Under the pieces are notes generated by a model. It was given only the letters and a program-made list of their open reading frames with translations, made no database searches and was not told where the DNA came from. A program made the translations under genes and the position numbers. A stretch of 64,000 nt of DNA, from assembly GCF_023266355.1 (NCBI RefSeq), contig NZ_JAHFQM010000001.1; one strand, given 5' to 3'. Of the stretch, positions 28,624 to 40,917 are shown one piece after another (position 1 is the first letter of the stretch; every line of letters starts with the position of its first letter). The DNA comes from Aquabacterium sp. (GTDB lineage Bacteria > Pseudomonadota > Gammaproteobacteria > Burkholderiales > Burkholderiaceae_C).

Positions 28624-31600
28624 ACCAAGACCCGCTCGATGCCGCCGTTGTTGGCGCGGGCCACGTACTCCGGCATCCAGTTCTCGCCCAGGATCTGGCG
28701 GGCCATCTCGATGACGATGTAGTCGGCTTCCAGCAGGCCGTTGGCGGTGTCTTCGCCGTAGCGGCTCAGGCCCTGCAGGCAGGCCGGGCAGGAGGTCAGC
28801 ACTTTGACGTTGTCCTTCGGACCGATCAGGCCTTGGTCGCGCAGCTCGGCCTCGCCCTTGCGGATCTCTTCTTCCTTGCGGAAGCGGATCTGCGTGGACA
28901 CGTCCGGGCGGTTCACGGCCAGGGTGCCGGCTTCGCCGCAGCAGCGCTCGGACTTGACGACACCGTCGCCCAGCAGGGCCTTGACGGTCTTCATCGGGTC
29001 CTGCAGCTTCATGGGCGTGTGGCAGGGGTCGTGGTACAGGAAGGCGCCCTTGCCCTGGAGGGTGATGCCCTTCTCGAGCAGGTACTCGTGGATGTCGATG
29101 ATGCGGCAGCCGGGGAAGATCTTGTCGAACTGGTAGCCCTGCAGCTGGTCGTAGCAGGTACCGCAGGACACGACCACCGTCTTGATGTCCAGGTAGTTCA
29201 GCGTGTTGGCCACGCGGTGGAACAGCACCCGGTTGTCGGTGATCATCTTCTCGGCCTTGTCGAACTGGCCGGCACCGCGTTGCGGGTAGCCGCAGCACAG
29301 GTAGCCCGGCGGCAGCACGGTCTGCACGCCGGCATGCCACAGCATGGCTTGCGTGGCCAGGCCTACCTGGCTGAACAGGCGCTCCGAGCCGCAACCGGGG
29401 AAGTAGAAGACGGCTTCGGTGTCGGCCGTGGTCTGCTTGGGGTCGCGGATGATGGGGACGTAGTCGCGGTCTTCGATGTCCAGCAGCGCGCGCGCCGTCT
29501 TCTTGGGCAGGCCGCCCGGCATCTTCTTGTTGATGAAGTGGATGATCTCCTGCTTCAGCGGGGCCTTGCCGACCGAGGCGGGTGGGGCGTCGGTCTGCTT
29601 GCGCGCCACCACCTTCATCACGTCGTTCGCCATGCGTTGCAGCGGCATGGCCACCTCCACCAGCGCCGAGCGGATCAGCTTGATGGTCTGCGGGTTGTTG
29701 GTGTTGAGCATGGCCATGCCGGCCGCACCGGCAGGACGGAAGCTCTTCTTGCCCATCTTGTTGAGCAAGTTGCGCATGTTCATCGACACGTCGCCGAAGT
29801 CGATCTTGACCGGGCAGGGCGTCAGGCACTTGTGGCAGACCGTGCAGTGGTCGGCCACGTCCTCGAACTCTTCCCAGTGCTTGATGGACACGCCGCGGCG
29901 CGTCTGCTCTTCGTACAAGAAGGCCTCGACCAGCAGCGAGGTCGCCAGGATCTTGTTGCGCGGGCTGTAGAGCAGGTTGGCGCGCGGCACGTGGGTGGCG
30001 CACACCGGCTTGCACTTGCCGCAGCGCAGGCAGTCCTTCATGGACGTGGCGATGTCGCCGATGTCCGACTGCTGCATGATCAGCGACTCGTGGCCCATCA
30101 GCCCGAACGAGGGCGTGTAGGCCTCGGTCAGGTCGGCGGCGTGGACGTCGTCGCCCAGCGCCTTCAGGGCGGCGCCGCGCAGCAGCTTGCCCTTGTTGAA
30201 GCGCCCTTGCGGGTCCACCTTGGACTTGTAGGCCGTGAACTTGGCCATCTCGTCGTCGGTCATGAACTCCAGCTTGGTGATGCCGATGCCGTGTTCGCCC
30301 GAGATCACGCCGTCCAGGCCTCGCGCCAGCTTCATGATGCGCGCCACGGCTTCGTGCGCCGTCTGCAGCATCTCGTAGTTGTCGGAGTTGACCGGGATGT
30401 TGGTGTGCACATTGCCGTCGCCGGCGTGCATGTGCAGGGCCACCCAGACGCGGCCACGCAGCACCTGCTTGTGGATGCGCTTGAGCTCATCGACGATGGG
30501 CGCCATGGCCGCACCGTTGAAGACCTTGGCCAGCGGCTCACGGATTTCCTTCTTCCAGCCGGCGCGGATGCTCCACGTCTGCAGCAGGTTGAAGACGGTG
30601 TCGCGGCCGGCCATGCCCTCGTCGGGCACGTACGTGCCGTTGCGGTGCTGCTCGTAGCCCAGCGCGACCAGCTCGGCATCGACTTGCGACAGCGGCGTGT
30701 CGATGCGGTCGTGCAGGAAGCGCCAGCGCGCGCGCACCTCGGCCAGCAGGGCCTGGGCGGCGTCGATTTTCTCGGTGAGCTGCTCGGGGCTGGGCAGCTC
30801 GGAGGGGTCGTCGGTCTTGCCGATGAAGTTGGCGATGTGGGCCGGCTCGGACGCGAAGAAGGCGTCGAAGGCGTCCAGCAGGGCCAGCTTGTTGCGCAGG
30901 CTCAGCTCGATGTTGATGCGCTCGATGCCCAGCGTGTACTCGCCCATGCGCGGCAGCGGGATCACCACGTCTTCGTTCACCTTGAAGGCGTTGGTGTGCT
31001 TGGCGATGGCGGCGGTGCGCTTGCGGTCGGCCCAGAACTTCTTGCGGGCGTCCGAGCTGACGGCCACGAAGCCTTCGCCGTTGCGGCCGTTGGCCAGGCG
31101 GATGACCTCGCTGGTGGCGCGGGCCACGCGGTCTTCGTCGTCGCCGACGATGTCACCGATCAGCACCATCTTGGGCAGGCCGGAGCCACCCACCGTGCGC
31201 TTGCTCTTGGTGGCGTAACCCACGGCCTTGAGGTAGCGGTCGTCGAGGTGCTCCAGGCCGGCCAGGATGGCGCCACCCGCTTGCTTCATTTCCTCGAACA
31301 TGAAGTCCTTGATCTCGACGATCGAGGGCACGCACAGGGTCGGGTTGCCGAAGAATTCCAGGCACACCGTGCGGGTGTGCTTGGGCATGCGGTGGACGAT
31401 CCAGCGGCAGCTGGTGATCAGGCCGTCGCAGCCTTCTTTCTGGATGCCGGGCAGGCCGGCGAGGAACTTGTCGGTGACGTCTTTCCCCAGGCCTTCCTTG
31501 CGGAAGGTGCGGCCGGGGATGTCGAGGCGCTCGGTGCGGATGGGCGTTTTGCCATCGGCCTGGAAATAGCGCAGCTCGAAGCTGGCCGTCTCGACGTCGT

Positions 31601-32669
31601 GGATCTTGCCCAGGTTGTGGTTGAGGCGAACCACCTCCAGCCATTGCGCGTCGGGCGTGACCATGCGCCACGAGGCGAGGTTGTCCAGGGCGGTGCCCCA
31701 CAGCACGGCCTTTTTGCCGCCGGCGTTCATGGCGACGTTGCCGCCCACGCAGGAGGCTTCGGCCGATGTCGGGTCCACGGCGAAGACGAAGCCGGCGCGC
31801 TCGGCGGCATCGGCCACGCGCTGCGTGACCACGCCCGCGCCCGTCCAGACGGTGGCGACCGGCTTGTCCACGCCGGGCAGGGCCACCATCTCGACCTCGG
31901 TCATCTGTTCGAGCTTCTCGGTGTTGATGACCGCGCTCTTCCAGGTCAGCGGCACGGCGCCGCCGGTGTAGCCGGTGCCGCCCCCACGCGGGATGATGGT
32001 CAGGTCGAGTTCGACGCAGCCCTTGACCAGGGCCGCCATTTCTTCTTCGGTGTCCGGTGTGAGGACGACGAAGGGGTACTCGACGCGCCAGTCGGTGGCG
32101 TCGGTCACGTGCGAAACGCGGCTCAGGCCATCGAACTTGATGTTGTCGGCGCGGGTGACGGCACCCAGCACCTGGGCCGTGCGCTTGCGCAGCGTGGCGG
32201 TTTGGTCGAAGGCCTTGGCGAAGCGGTCGATGGCCTGGCGGGCGCTGGCCAGCAGCTCGGCCACGAGCTTGTCGCGGGAGGCGTCTTGCGCTGCATGGGC
32301 GGCATCGGCCTGGACGTCGGCGCTGTGGCGGCGGCGGTCCACTTCGCCCAGGCGGTGCTGCAGCGCTTCGATGAGCTGGCCGCGTCGCTTGGGGTTGTCC
32401 AGCAGGTCGTCCTGCAGGTAGGGGTTGCGCTGCACCACCCAGATGTCGCCCAGCACTTCATAGAGCATGCGCGCGGAGCGGCCGGTCTGGCGTTCGGTGC
32501 GCAGCAGGCTGAGCACCTCCCAGGCGCGCTGGCCCAGCAGACGCTGGACGATTTCGCGGTCCGAGAAGGACGTGTAGTTGTAGGGAATCTCGCGCAGGCG
32601 CGGGTGGCCGTCGGTGAGGACCTTGGCGGCCTGGGCGGTCATGTGGTTCAGCTCGGTGGGTGCGTTCAT
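28620..32669 (-). CDS. DUF3683 + FAD-linked oxidase (GlcD-like) + Fe-S/CCG (GlcF-like) fusion oxidoreductase, about 1349 aa
   Basis: [16 protein letters not shown] (DUF3683-type N-terminus). FAD-binding [16 protein letters not shown]. 4Fe-4S motifs [11 protein letters not shown] and [15 protein letters not shown] motifs [10 protein letters not shown] and [12 protein letters not shown] at 32669. Confidence 0.85.
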   Translation of the reverse strand: MNAPTELNHMTAQAAKVLTDGHPRLREIPYNYTSFSDREIVQRLLGQRAWEVLSLLRTERQTGRSARMLYEVLGDIWVVQRNPYLQDDLLDNPKRRGQLIEALQHRLGEVDRRRHSADVQADAAHAAQDASRDKLVAELLASARQAIDRFAKAFDQTATLRKRTAQVLGAVTRADNIKFDGLSRVSHVTDATDWRVEYPFVVLTPDTEEEMAALVKGCVELDLTIIPRGGGTGYTGGAVPLTWKSAVINTEKLEQMTEVEMVALPGVDKPVATVWTGAGVVTQRVADAAERAGFVFAVDPTSAEASCVGGNVAMNAGGKKAVLWGTALDNLASWRMVTPDAQWLEVVRLNHNLGKIHDVETASFELRYFQADGKTPIRTERLDIPGRTFRKEGLGKDVTDKFLAGLPGIQKEGCDGLITSCRWIVHRMPKHTRTVCLEFFGNPTLCVPSIVEIKDFMFEEMKQAGGAILAGLEHLDDRYLKAVGYATKSKRTVGGSGLPKMVLIGDIVGDDEDRVARATSEVIRLANGRNGEGFVAVSSDARKKFWADRKRTAAIAKHTNAFKVNEDVVIPLPRMGEYTLGIERINIELSLRNKLALLDAFDAFFASEPAHIANFIGKTDDPSELPSPEQLTEKIDAAQALLAEVRARWRFLHDRIDTPLSQVDAELVALGYEQHRNGTYVPDEGMAGRDTVFNLLQTWSIRAGWKKEIREPLAKVFNGAAMAPIVDELKRIHKQVLRGRVWVALHMHAGDGNVHTNIPVNSDNYEMLQTAHEAVARIMKLARGLDGVISGEHGIGITKLEFMTDDEMAKFTAYKSKVDPQGRFNKGKLLRGAALKALGDDVHAADLTEAYTPSFGLMGHESLIMQQSDIGDIATSMKDCLRCGKCKPVCATHVPRANLLYSPRNKILATSLLVEAFLYEEQTRRGVSIKHWEEFEDVADHCTVCHKCLTPCPVKIDFGDVSMNMRNLLNKMGKKSFRPAGAAGMAMLNTNNPQTIKLIRSALVEVAMPLQRMANDVMKVVARKQTDAPPASVGKAPLKQEIIHFINKKMPGGLPKKTARALLDIEDRDYVPIIRDPKQTTADTEAVFYFPGCGSERLFSQVGLATQAMLWHAGVQTVLPPGYLCCGYPQRGAGQFDKAEKMITDNRVLFHRVANTLNYLDIKTVVVSCGTCYDQLQGYQFDKIFPGCRIIDIHEYLLEKGITLQGKGAFLYHDPCHTPMKLQDPMKTVKALLGDGVVKSERCCGEAGTLAVNRPDVSTQIRFRKEEEIRKGEAELRDQGLIGPKDNVKVLTSCPACLQGLSRYGEDTANGLLEADYIVIEMARQILGENWMPEYVARANNGGIERVLV

Positions 32670-32782
32670 GGGGAGAGGTCTTCGCGCCTGAGGCGGAATG
32701 GTACCGCAGCCGCCTTCACCTTCCGGGGAAAAGGCCACTTCCAGGGGCCTTGTGGATCGCTTCAAGGCGGGGGCATCTGGGT

Positions 32783-33604
32783 ATGCTCATGCCCATGACG
32801 ATGCCGGCTTCCCACCTCGCGCCATGGCCTTATCCCTGCTGGATTGCCCACCGTGGCGCCGGCACGCTGGCCCCTGAGAACACCCTGGCGGCCTTCCGCC
32901 TCGGGGCGGACCACGGTTTCGCCATGTTCGAGTGCGACGTCAAGCTCAGCGCCGATGGCGAGCCCTTCCTGTTGCACGATGCGGAACTCGACCGCACCAC
33001 CAACGGCCAGGGGGCGTCCGCGCTGCTGAGCTGGGACGCGCTGTCGCGCCTGGACGCTGGCAGCTGGCATGGCCGCGCCTATGCGGGCGAGCCGCTGCTG
33101 CGCCTGGAGGCCCTGGCCCGCTGGCTGCAAGGCCTGGGGCTGATGGTCAACCTGGAGATCAAGCCCAACCCGGGCGACGACACCCGCACCGGCCGCGTCG
33201 TGGCCGAGCGCGTGGCGGCCCTGTGGGCGCGCAGCGAGGTCAAGCCTTTGCTGAGTTCGTTCAGTGTGGCGGCCCTGGAAGCGGCCATGCTGGCCCAGCC
33301 CGAACTGCCGCGCGCCCTGCTGCTGGACCGCTGGCAGCCCGAGGGCATCGACGAAGCCACCCGCCTGGGCTGCTGCGCCATGGTGGTGCACCAGGCTTTC
33401 CTGAACGACCGCCGCATCGAGGCCATCCACGCCGCGGGCATGAAGTCGCTGGCCTACACCGTCAACGACGCCGAACGTGCCGGCACGCTGTGGCTGTCCG
33501 GCCTGGACGGCATGGTCACCGACCGCGTGGACCTGTTCGAGCCCCAGGCTCGCCTGGGCGCCTGCCCGGGGCTGAGCCTGGCGCTCGACGTGCTGATCGC
33601 CTGA
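32783..33604 (+). CDS. Glycerophosphodiester phosphodiesterase (UgpQ-like)
   Basis: [35 protein letters not shown]. Start ambiguous (ATGs at 32783, 32789, 32795, 32801). Confidence 0.85.
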   Translation: MLMPMTMPASHLAPWPYPCWIAHRGAGTLAPENTLAAFRLGADHGFAMFECDVKLSADGEPFLLHDAELDRTTNGQGASALLSWDALSRLDAGSWHGRAYAGEPLLRLEALARWLQGLGLMVNLEIKPNPGDDTRTGRVVAERVAALWARSEVKPLLSSFSVAALEAAMLAQPELPRALLLDRWQPEGIDEATRLGCCAMVVHQAFLNDRRIEAIHAAGMKSLAYTVNDAERAGTLWLSGLDGMVTDRVDLFEPQARLGACPGLSLALDVLIA

Positions 33605-35197
33605 TCAGGCCTTTCTTTTGCCCGTGATGCCGTCCACCACGTAGTGGGCCAGTGCGTAGACCGTCTCCGAGGGGTTGTAGCCAATCGAGGTGGGCAGCAG
33701 GCTGGCGTCCACCACATAGAGGCTGCGCACATCGTGCGTTTCGCCCTGCGGGTTGACCACGGTGCGCTTCGGGTCGGCGCCCATGCGGCAGGTGCCTTGC
33801 GGGTGGAAGGAGGTGTAGCGGTAGCGTGCCTTCTCGTTCTTCAAGGCCATGATGGTCGGCACGATGTCCTGCTCGCGGGTGATCTCCACCTTCTGCGAAG
33901 CCGGGATGTGCAGCGTCTTGGCGCCCGAGGCCCACAGCACGCGCGCCGTGGTGATCAGGCCCTTTTTCATGGCCTCGAAGTCCTCGTCATCGACGTCGTA
34001 CTTGATCTCCTTGACGCCATTGTTCCAGGTGACTTCGCCGCAGTTCTTGTCGTGGATGAGGCTGATGAGGCGCACCGTGTTCTTGTAGTGCGTCATGTAG
34101 GCGGCATAGGGCTTGCCGGTGCCGGGCTCGACCTGGGTGCTGGCCTCGACCGGGTCCTGCACGGCGTTGAGCAGCAGGTAGCCGCCGGCCTGGGGCAGGG
34201 TGTACTTGTCCATGTACAGCGAGTGGGTGGCGCCGAAGAAGTCGCGCACGTCCTGCGCGAAGATGCCGGTGACGGACATGGTCGGGTGGCAGGCGAAGTT
34301 CTTGCCAACCTGGCCGCTGCTGTTGGCGATGCCGCTGCGCAGCAGCAGGATGGGCGACTGCACCGGGCCGGCGGCCAGCACCACGATGGGCGCCTTCACC
34401 ACCACGTCGGCCTTCTTCTGGCCGGTGGCCGGGTCGATCACCTCGGCTTGCACGCCGCTGGCGCGGCCATCGGTGGTGGTGATGCGGGTCACGCGGGTGT
34501 CGGCGACGATCTTGGCGCCGTGCGCCACCGCCCAGGGCAGGTAGGTGACCAGCATGGACTGTTTGCGGTCGGAGGCACAGCCTGAGAAGCAGGCGCCGCT
34601 CATCACGCAGTCCTTGACGTTGCGGCGGGCCTTGCCGCGCGGCAGGCGCAGCTTGTCCAGGCCCTTGCCGATCAGCTCGGCGCCGGCACTGGTTTCGTGG
34701 CCGGCCACGGTGTTGATGCGCAGGTTGCGCTCGACCAGCTCGAAGTAGGGCTTCATGACGGCGGGCGTCAGGTTCGTCAGGCCGAAATCCTTGCCCCAGG
34801 CGTGCAGGTAGTGGTCGGGCGTGCGGAAGCACAGCGCGGCGTTCACCACGGTGGAGCCACCCACGCAAGCGCCTTGCAGGATGGCGATGTCGCCGGTGGC
34901 GTTGTTCTGGCCACCGTGGTCGGCATACAGCTGGCCCATGCTGACGGCCAGCATCTCGGTGAATTTCTCGGAGGGCACGTAGGGGCCGGCCTCCAGCACG
35001 ATGACCTTTTTGCCGGATTGGGCCAGCTCGAAGGCGGCGATGGCACCACCGGCGCCCGAGCCGATGACGACGGCATCGGCTTCCCAGTGGATCTGGCTGT
35101 CGCGGATGTCGGAGGCCTGGGTGACCTGCAGGCCGTGCTTGGGCACGGCGGCGGCGGGGATGCGGGCCTTGTTCTTGGCGATGTGAACGGTGTTCAT
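33605..35197 (-). CDS. GMC-family FAD oxidoreductase (large subunit of a periplasmic dehydrogenase)
   Basis: ADP-binding AVVIGSGAGGAIAAFELA, C-terminal FHPQGTCRMG ... VVDASLLPTS. No signal peptide of its own. ATG at 35197. Confidence 0.85.
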   Translation of the reverse strand: MNTVHIAKNKARIPAAAVPKHGLQVTQASDIRDSQIHWEADAVVIGSGAGGAIAAFELAQSGKKVIVLEAGPYVPSEKFTEMLAVSMGQLYADHGGQNNATGDIAILQGACVGGSTVVNAALCFRTPDHYLHAWGKDFGLTNLTPAVMKPYFELVERNLRINTVAGHETSAGAELIGKGLDKLRLPRGKARRNVKDCVMSGACFSGCASDRKQSMLVTYLPWAVAHGAKIVADTRVTRITTTDGRASGVQAEVIDPATGQKKADVVVKAPIVVLAAGPVQSPILLLRSGIANSSGQVGKNFACHPTMSVTGIFAQDVRDFFGATHSLYMDKYTLPQAGGYLLLNAVQDPVEASTQVEPGTGKPYAAYMTHYKNTVRLISLIHDKNCGEVTWNNGVKEIKYDVDDEDFEAMKKGLITTARVLWASGAKTLHIPASQKVEITREQDIVPTIMALKNEKARYRYTSFHPQGTCRMGADPKRTVVNPQGETHDVRSLYVVDASLLPTSIGYNPSETVYALAHYVVDGITGKRKA

Positions 35198-35229
35198 GGT
35201 GTGTCTGTCTCCGTGGGGTGCGTCGGACT

Positions 35230-35841
35230 TCAGGCTTTGGGCAGCGGGGCGTTGCCCAACGAGGGGATGCCGCTGCGGCGCGTGAAGGGGCCGGGGTAGC
35301 CCAGCGGGGCCCAGGTGGGCGGGTTGGCGAAGTAGGACAGGGCCAGGAGCTTCTTGAGGCCCATGCTCAGGGCGCGCTTGGGTTCTTCGGGCGCGTTGGC
35401 CCAGCTGTCGCAAAAGCGGATGGCCTGCTCGTCGGAGAGGTCCACGAAGCGCTTGCCGAAGGTGGCCTGAGGGCCTTCATTGAAATAGCCGATGCCGCCC
35501 TTGAGGCCCGCGAGGATGTGCGGCGCCATGGTGGCCAGCAGGGCCGCGTCCAGGGTTTGCAGCACCGGCACCTGGGCCAGCGGCAGCAGGGGCGTGCCCG
35601 CGGTGGGCAACATCACCTCCAGCAGGCGCTGCATCACGGCGGCCTCGTCGGCGTTCATGAACTTCAGCGCGGGCAAAGAGGCGGTGGTCTGTGCGGCGAA
35701 GGCCAGCGTGGGGCCCAGGGACAAGGCGGCCGTGGCGGCGGCTGCGGCGGCGGTGGCCGCGCGCAGGAACTGGCGCCGTGGCAGCTGGCGCAGGGCCGCG
35801 GCGGCCTGGGCGATCTCGGTGGAGGGCATCGACGTGCTCAT
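35230..35841 (-). CDS. Gluconate-2-dehydrogenase subunit-3-like small subunit with a Tat signal
   Basis: Twin-arginine LPRRQFLRAATAAAAAATAALS...AFA. Adjacent to the GMC flavoprotein, as in three-subunit flavoprotein dehydrogenases. Confidence 0.75.
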   Translation of the reverse strand: MSTSMPSTEIAQAAAALRQLPRRQFLRAATAAAAAATAALSLGPTLAFAAQTTASLPALKFMNADEAAVMQRLLEVMLPTAGTPLLPLAQVPVLQTLDAALLATMAPHILAGLKGGIGYFNEGPQATFGKRFVDLSDEQAIRFCDSWANAPEEPKRALSMGLKKLLALSYFANPPTWAPLGYPGPFTRRSGIPSLGNAPLPKA

Positions 35842-35908
35842 GGGGTCTCCTCGTGGGGGTGTGGGGCGGTGTCTGACGCTGCCCGGTGGGCTCGGGCAGC
35901 GCCGCAGG

Positions 35909-36823
35909 TCAGAACAGTTGCAGCAGGCGGACGTTGATGCGCGAGTTTTCCTTGAAACCGTTGCTCACCGTCAGGTCCTTGCCCCACAGCGCCATGACCT
36001 GCGTGGTGGGGGTGATGAAGGCCGACGAGCCCAGCTGGAACTTGTCCACGCGGTTGCCCGTGTTGGCCTGGCTGACGCCGTCCAGCTTGGTGCTGCCGCT
36101 GTACCCGCGCGACAGGCCGGCGCGCAGGTCGATGCCCGGGCGCAGGTCGTAGCGCAGGAAGGCCTGCAGCTGGTAGCTTTGGTTCTGTTCCAGCGATTGT
36201 CCAGCGGTGTTGGCCCGGTTGTTTTTGCCATAGGCCGTGACGTCGGCGGCCAGGTCCACGGTGAACTTCTCGCTGACGCCCTGGATGTAGCCGACCTGCA
36301 GCGCGTACTTCCAGCGGTTTTCGCCGAGGTTCAGGGCCTTGTTGCGGTCGTAGTTGCCAATCGGTGCATAGACGAAGGGCGTGATGCCCAGGTAGCGGCG
36401 GTTGGCGGGGTCGTTGATGGTCCAGACCGTGGCCGCGAAGATGGCGTCGGCCACGCCGCTGCCCTTGCCGAGCACGGGGGCCACATCGCCCTTGGCTTTC
36501 AGCTCACCGAAGGGCAGCAGGATCTGCGGGTCCACGATGTAGCCGGCGATCTTGGTGAAATGGATGATGCGCAGCACGCCGATGTTGGAGTCCAGGCCGT
36601 AGTTGCCGTTGACCTGGTCGCCGCGGGCATACAGGCTGTTGCGTTGCGCGTGCTGGCCGTACAGGGCGACGACGTTGGTGCCTTCGGGCAGGGCGGTGTA
36701 GTCACCGGCGTCGATGTCGATGGCGTGGGCGCTCTGGCTGGTGAGGGCACCAAGCCCGACGGTGGCGAGGGCGGCCAGGGCCGATGCGCGCAGGGGTGTG
36801 AACAGGGATTTGGACAGGCTCAT
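35909..36823 (-). CDS. Outer-membrane beta-barrel channel (MetA-pathway/phenol-degradation 'transporter' family-like)
   Basis: Signal peptide ...ALTSQSAHA, alternating beta-strand pattern, terminal RLLQLF. AAGGAGA RBS before ATG 36823. Confidence 0.7.
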   Translation of the reverse strand: MSLSKSLFTPLRASALAALATVGLGALTSQSAHAIDIDAGDYTALPEGTNVVALYGQHAQRNSLYARGDQVNGNYGLDSNIGVLRIIHFTKIAGYIVDPQILLPFGELKAKGDVAPVLGKGSGVADAIFAATVWTINDPANRRYLGITPFVYAPIGNYDRNKALNLGENRWKYALQVGYIQGVSEKFTVDLAADVTAYGKNNRANTAGQSLEQNQSYQLQAFLRYDLRPGIDLRAGLSRGYSGSTKLDGVSQANTGNRVDKFQLGSSAFITPTTQVMALWGKDLTVSNGFKENSRINVRLLQLF

Positions 36824-36882
36824 GGGTGTCTCCTTTTGGAATGGGCAGGGGTGGGGAAAGCTCGGAACAGGGGCGAGTGGGC

Positions 36883-38382
36883 TCAGAACGGGTGCTGGAT
36901 GCCCTGGGCCATCACGCTCACCCACTGGGTCTGGGTGAACTCGTGCAGGTTGGCCGGGCCACCGAAGCGGCTGCCGTTGCCGGACGAGGCGCCCATGCCG
37001 CCGAAGGGCACGTGGAACTCGTTGTTCACGGTCTGGTCGTTGATGTGGACCATGCCGGTGTGCAGGCGCTGCGCGATTTGCTGGGCGCGGTGCGGCTGGC
37101 GGGTGTGGATGCCGGCGGCCAGGCCATAGGGCGAAGCGTTGGTCAGGGCGATGGCTTCGTCTTCCGTGTCGAAGACGGTGATGGGCGCCACCGGGCCGAA
37201 GATCTCTTCCTTGAAGGCGCGCATCTCGGTGCCGACGTCGGCCAGCACGGTGGGGCGGTAGAACAGGCCTGCGTTCGGGCCGCTCACGGGGCCACCCGTC
37301 AGCAGGCGCGCACCGGCGCGCACGGCGTCCTGCACGATCTCGTCGATGCGCTCGTGCTGGCGGCGGTTGATGACCGGGCCCAGGTGGACCTGAGCGCGGT
37401 GCGGGTCGCCCACGACCAGGGCTTCGGCACGGGCGCGCAGCTTGTCGGCATAGGCCGCGGCCACGCTGCGGTGCACGAGGTGGCGGCCGGCCTGCATGCA
37501 GATCTGGCCCTGGTGCAGGAAGGCGCCCCAGGCCCCGCTGGAGGCGGCGGCGTCGAGGTCGGCGTCTTCGAGCACCATCAGCACGTTGTTGCCGCCCAGC
37601 TCCAGGATGCACTTCTTGAGCATGCGCCCGCAGACCTCGCCGATGTGGCGGCCCACGGCGGTCGAGCCGGTGAAGGACACCATGGCCACGTCCGGGTGCT
37701 GCACCAGCGCCTCACCCGCCTCGGGGCCGCCGGGCAGCACCTGCAGCACGCCTTCGGGCAGGCCGGCATCGGCGAACAGCTGGGCGATCAAGGCGCCCCC
37801 CGTGACGGCGGCCTGCAGGTCGGGCTTGAGGATGACGGTGTTGCCCATGGCCAGGGCCGGGGCCACCGAGCGCATGGCCAGCAGCAGTGGGAAGTTCCAG
37901 GGCGTGATCACGGCGACGGTGCCCAGCGGCACGCGCTGCACGTGGTTGATGCGGCCGGGCAGGGTGGAGGGGTAGATCTCGCCGATGGGCTGCATGGGCA
38001 GGGCGGCGCACATCTGCAGTTGCTCGTACGTGGCGTGCAGCTCCCACTCGGCCTTCGGGCCGATGGAGCCGCATTCGCGCACGTTCCAGTGGTGGAACTC
38101 GGTGGCGCGTTCGCGCAGCAGGGTGGCGGCGCGGCGCATCACCTCGGCGCGCTGGTCGAAGGGCGTGGCGGCCCAGCCGGCGTTGGCCTGCGCGGCCACC
38201 TGCACGGCGCGCTGCACATCGGCCTGGTTGGCCACGCCGATGGCGCCGATGGTCTCGCCCGTGGCGGGCTCCATCACGGCCACGTGGCCGCCTTCGGAGG
38301 CGCGCCAGCCGGGGCTGAAGATGCGGGCTTCCCAGGCCGGGGCGGTGTTTGAAATGGACGCGTTGTTGGCGGGGTTATTCAC
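36883..38382 (-). CDS. NAD(P)+-dependent aldehyde dehydrogenase
   Basis: VAVITPWNFPLL, ILELGGNN, catalytic Cys in FLHQGQICMQAG. GTG start at 38382 preceded by AGGAGA. Confidence 0.9.
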   Translation of the reverse strand: MNNPANNASISNTAPAWEARIFSPGWRASEGGHVAVMEPATGETIGAIGVANQADVQRAVQVAAQANAGWAATPFDQRAEVMRRAATLLRERATEFHHWNVRECGSIGPKAEWELHATYEQLQMCAALPMQPIGEIYPSTLPGRINHVQRVPLGTVAVITPWNFPLLLAMRSVAPALAMGNTVILKPDLQAAVTGGALIAQLFADAGLPEGVLQVLPGGPEAGEALVQHPDVAMVSFTGSTAVGRHIGEVCGRMLKKCILELGGNNVLMVLEDADLDAAASSGAWGAFLHQGQICMQAGRHLVHRSVAAAYADKLRARAEALVVGDPHRAQVHLGPVINRRQHERIDEIVQDAVRAGARLLTGGPVSGPNAGLFYRPTVLADVGTEMRAFKEEIFGPVAPITVFDTEDEAIALTNASPYGLAAGIHTRQPHRAQQIAQRLHTGMVHINDQTVNNEFHVPFGGMGASSGNGSRFGGPANLHEFTQTQWVSVMAQGIQHPF

Positions 38383-38400
38383 TTCGTCTCCTTTGAGTCA

Positions 38401-38450
38401 CGGTCTGTCGCGGTTTCTCGCGGTGTGCTGCGGTGTGCTGTGGTCTGTCG
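38401..38450. repeat. Five tandem 10-bp units directly upstream of the ALDH RBS
   Basis: cggtctgtcg / cggtttctcg / cggtgtgctg / cggtgtgctg / tggtctgtcg, read directly from the sequence. Confidence 0.7.
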
Positions 38451-38625
38451 CCAGCTGGGCGGACAGCTTTGGTGGCCAGGTCGGTGGTCGGTGGGCCACG
38501 CTGGCCATGCCTGACAGAGCGCACAAATTGATCCAGCTCATGCCCATGCGGCGCCGCACGGCCCGCCGTCCCAGGGAAGGTGTCGGGTTAACACCGAGCG
38601 TGTCGGCAGGGTCTGGCATGCCGCT

Positions 38626-38689
38626 GTCTCGGCCCGTCTCGTCTCAGGGGGTGTCTCATGGCGCAGTGGCCGTCTCACTTTGAGACGGC
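38626..38689. promoter_or_regulatory. Cluster of GTCTC motifs ending in a perfect 9-bp-arm palindrome (candidate activator-binding UAS)
   Basis: GTCTC at 38626, 38636, 38641, 38653 and 38672. Palindrome GCCGTCTCA-ctt-TGAGACGGC at 38669-38689. Confidence 0.4.
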
Positions 38690-38744
38690 GGCACGAACGG
38701 CGCGGCGCGGTGTGCGGCATGCGAACGCGCGGCTGGCCTGAACA

Positions 38745-38845
38745 GGCACGCCCGAGGCCATCCCGAGGCACGCCCAAGGCACGCCCTGGGCGCCCCCGAG
38801 AGCGCACCGAGGACCTCACCCAGGGCCCCACCGGGCCGTCACCGA
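38745..38845. repeat. Nine-unit degenerate tandem array with an 11-bp (11-12 bp) period
   Basis: ggcacgcccga / ggccatcccga / ggcacgcccaa / ggcacgccctg / ggcgcccccga / gagcgcaccga / ggacctcaccca / gggccccaccg / ggccgtcaccga. Lies 60-160 nt upstream of the activator start codon. The period is not a multiple of 3. Confidence 0.7.
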
Positions 38846-38904
38846 TTGCGCGTTCGCCGCGGGCTGGGTACTGTCGCGGCTCACTGTTGTTCCGCTTTGC
38901 ACCC

Positions 38905-40917
<2,013 letters not shown>

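Noticed and set aside
28833-32798. 1321-aa plus-strand ORF. Similar long antisense ORFs occur at 3942..6470(+), 11999..14518(-), 46204..50097(-), 57648..59984(-), 21581..23893(-) and 24879..26378(-).
   Set aside because: Each lies opposite a gene with clear family motifs (DUF3683 oxidoreductase, valS, uvrD, oxidase/CocE, pilJ, cheA, MCP). Their products are dominated by G/A/R/V/H/Q runs with no motifs. They are open-frame artefacts of high GC content.
38383-38700. Search for a canonical sigma-54 promoter (TGGCAC-N5-TTGC) on the minus strand upstream of the ALDH operon.
   Set aside because: I found no GG-N10-GC match with acceptable flanks. Candidates such as TGGCCACCAAAGCTG and GGCATGCCAGACC have the wrong spacing. 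Control of this operon by the divergent activator therefore remains an assumption and is not annotated.
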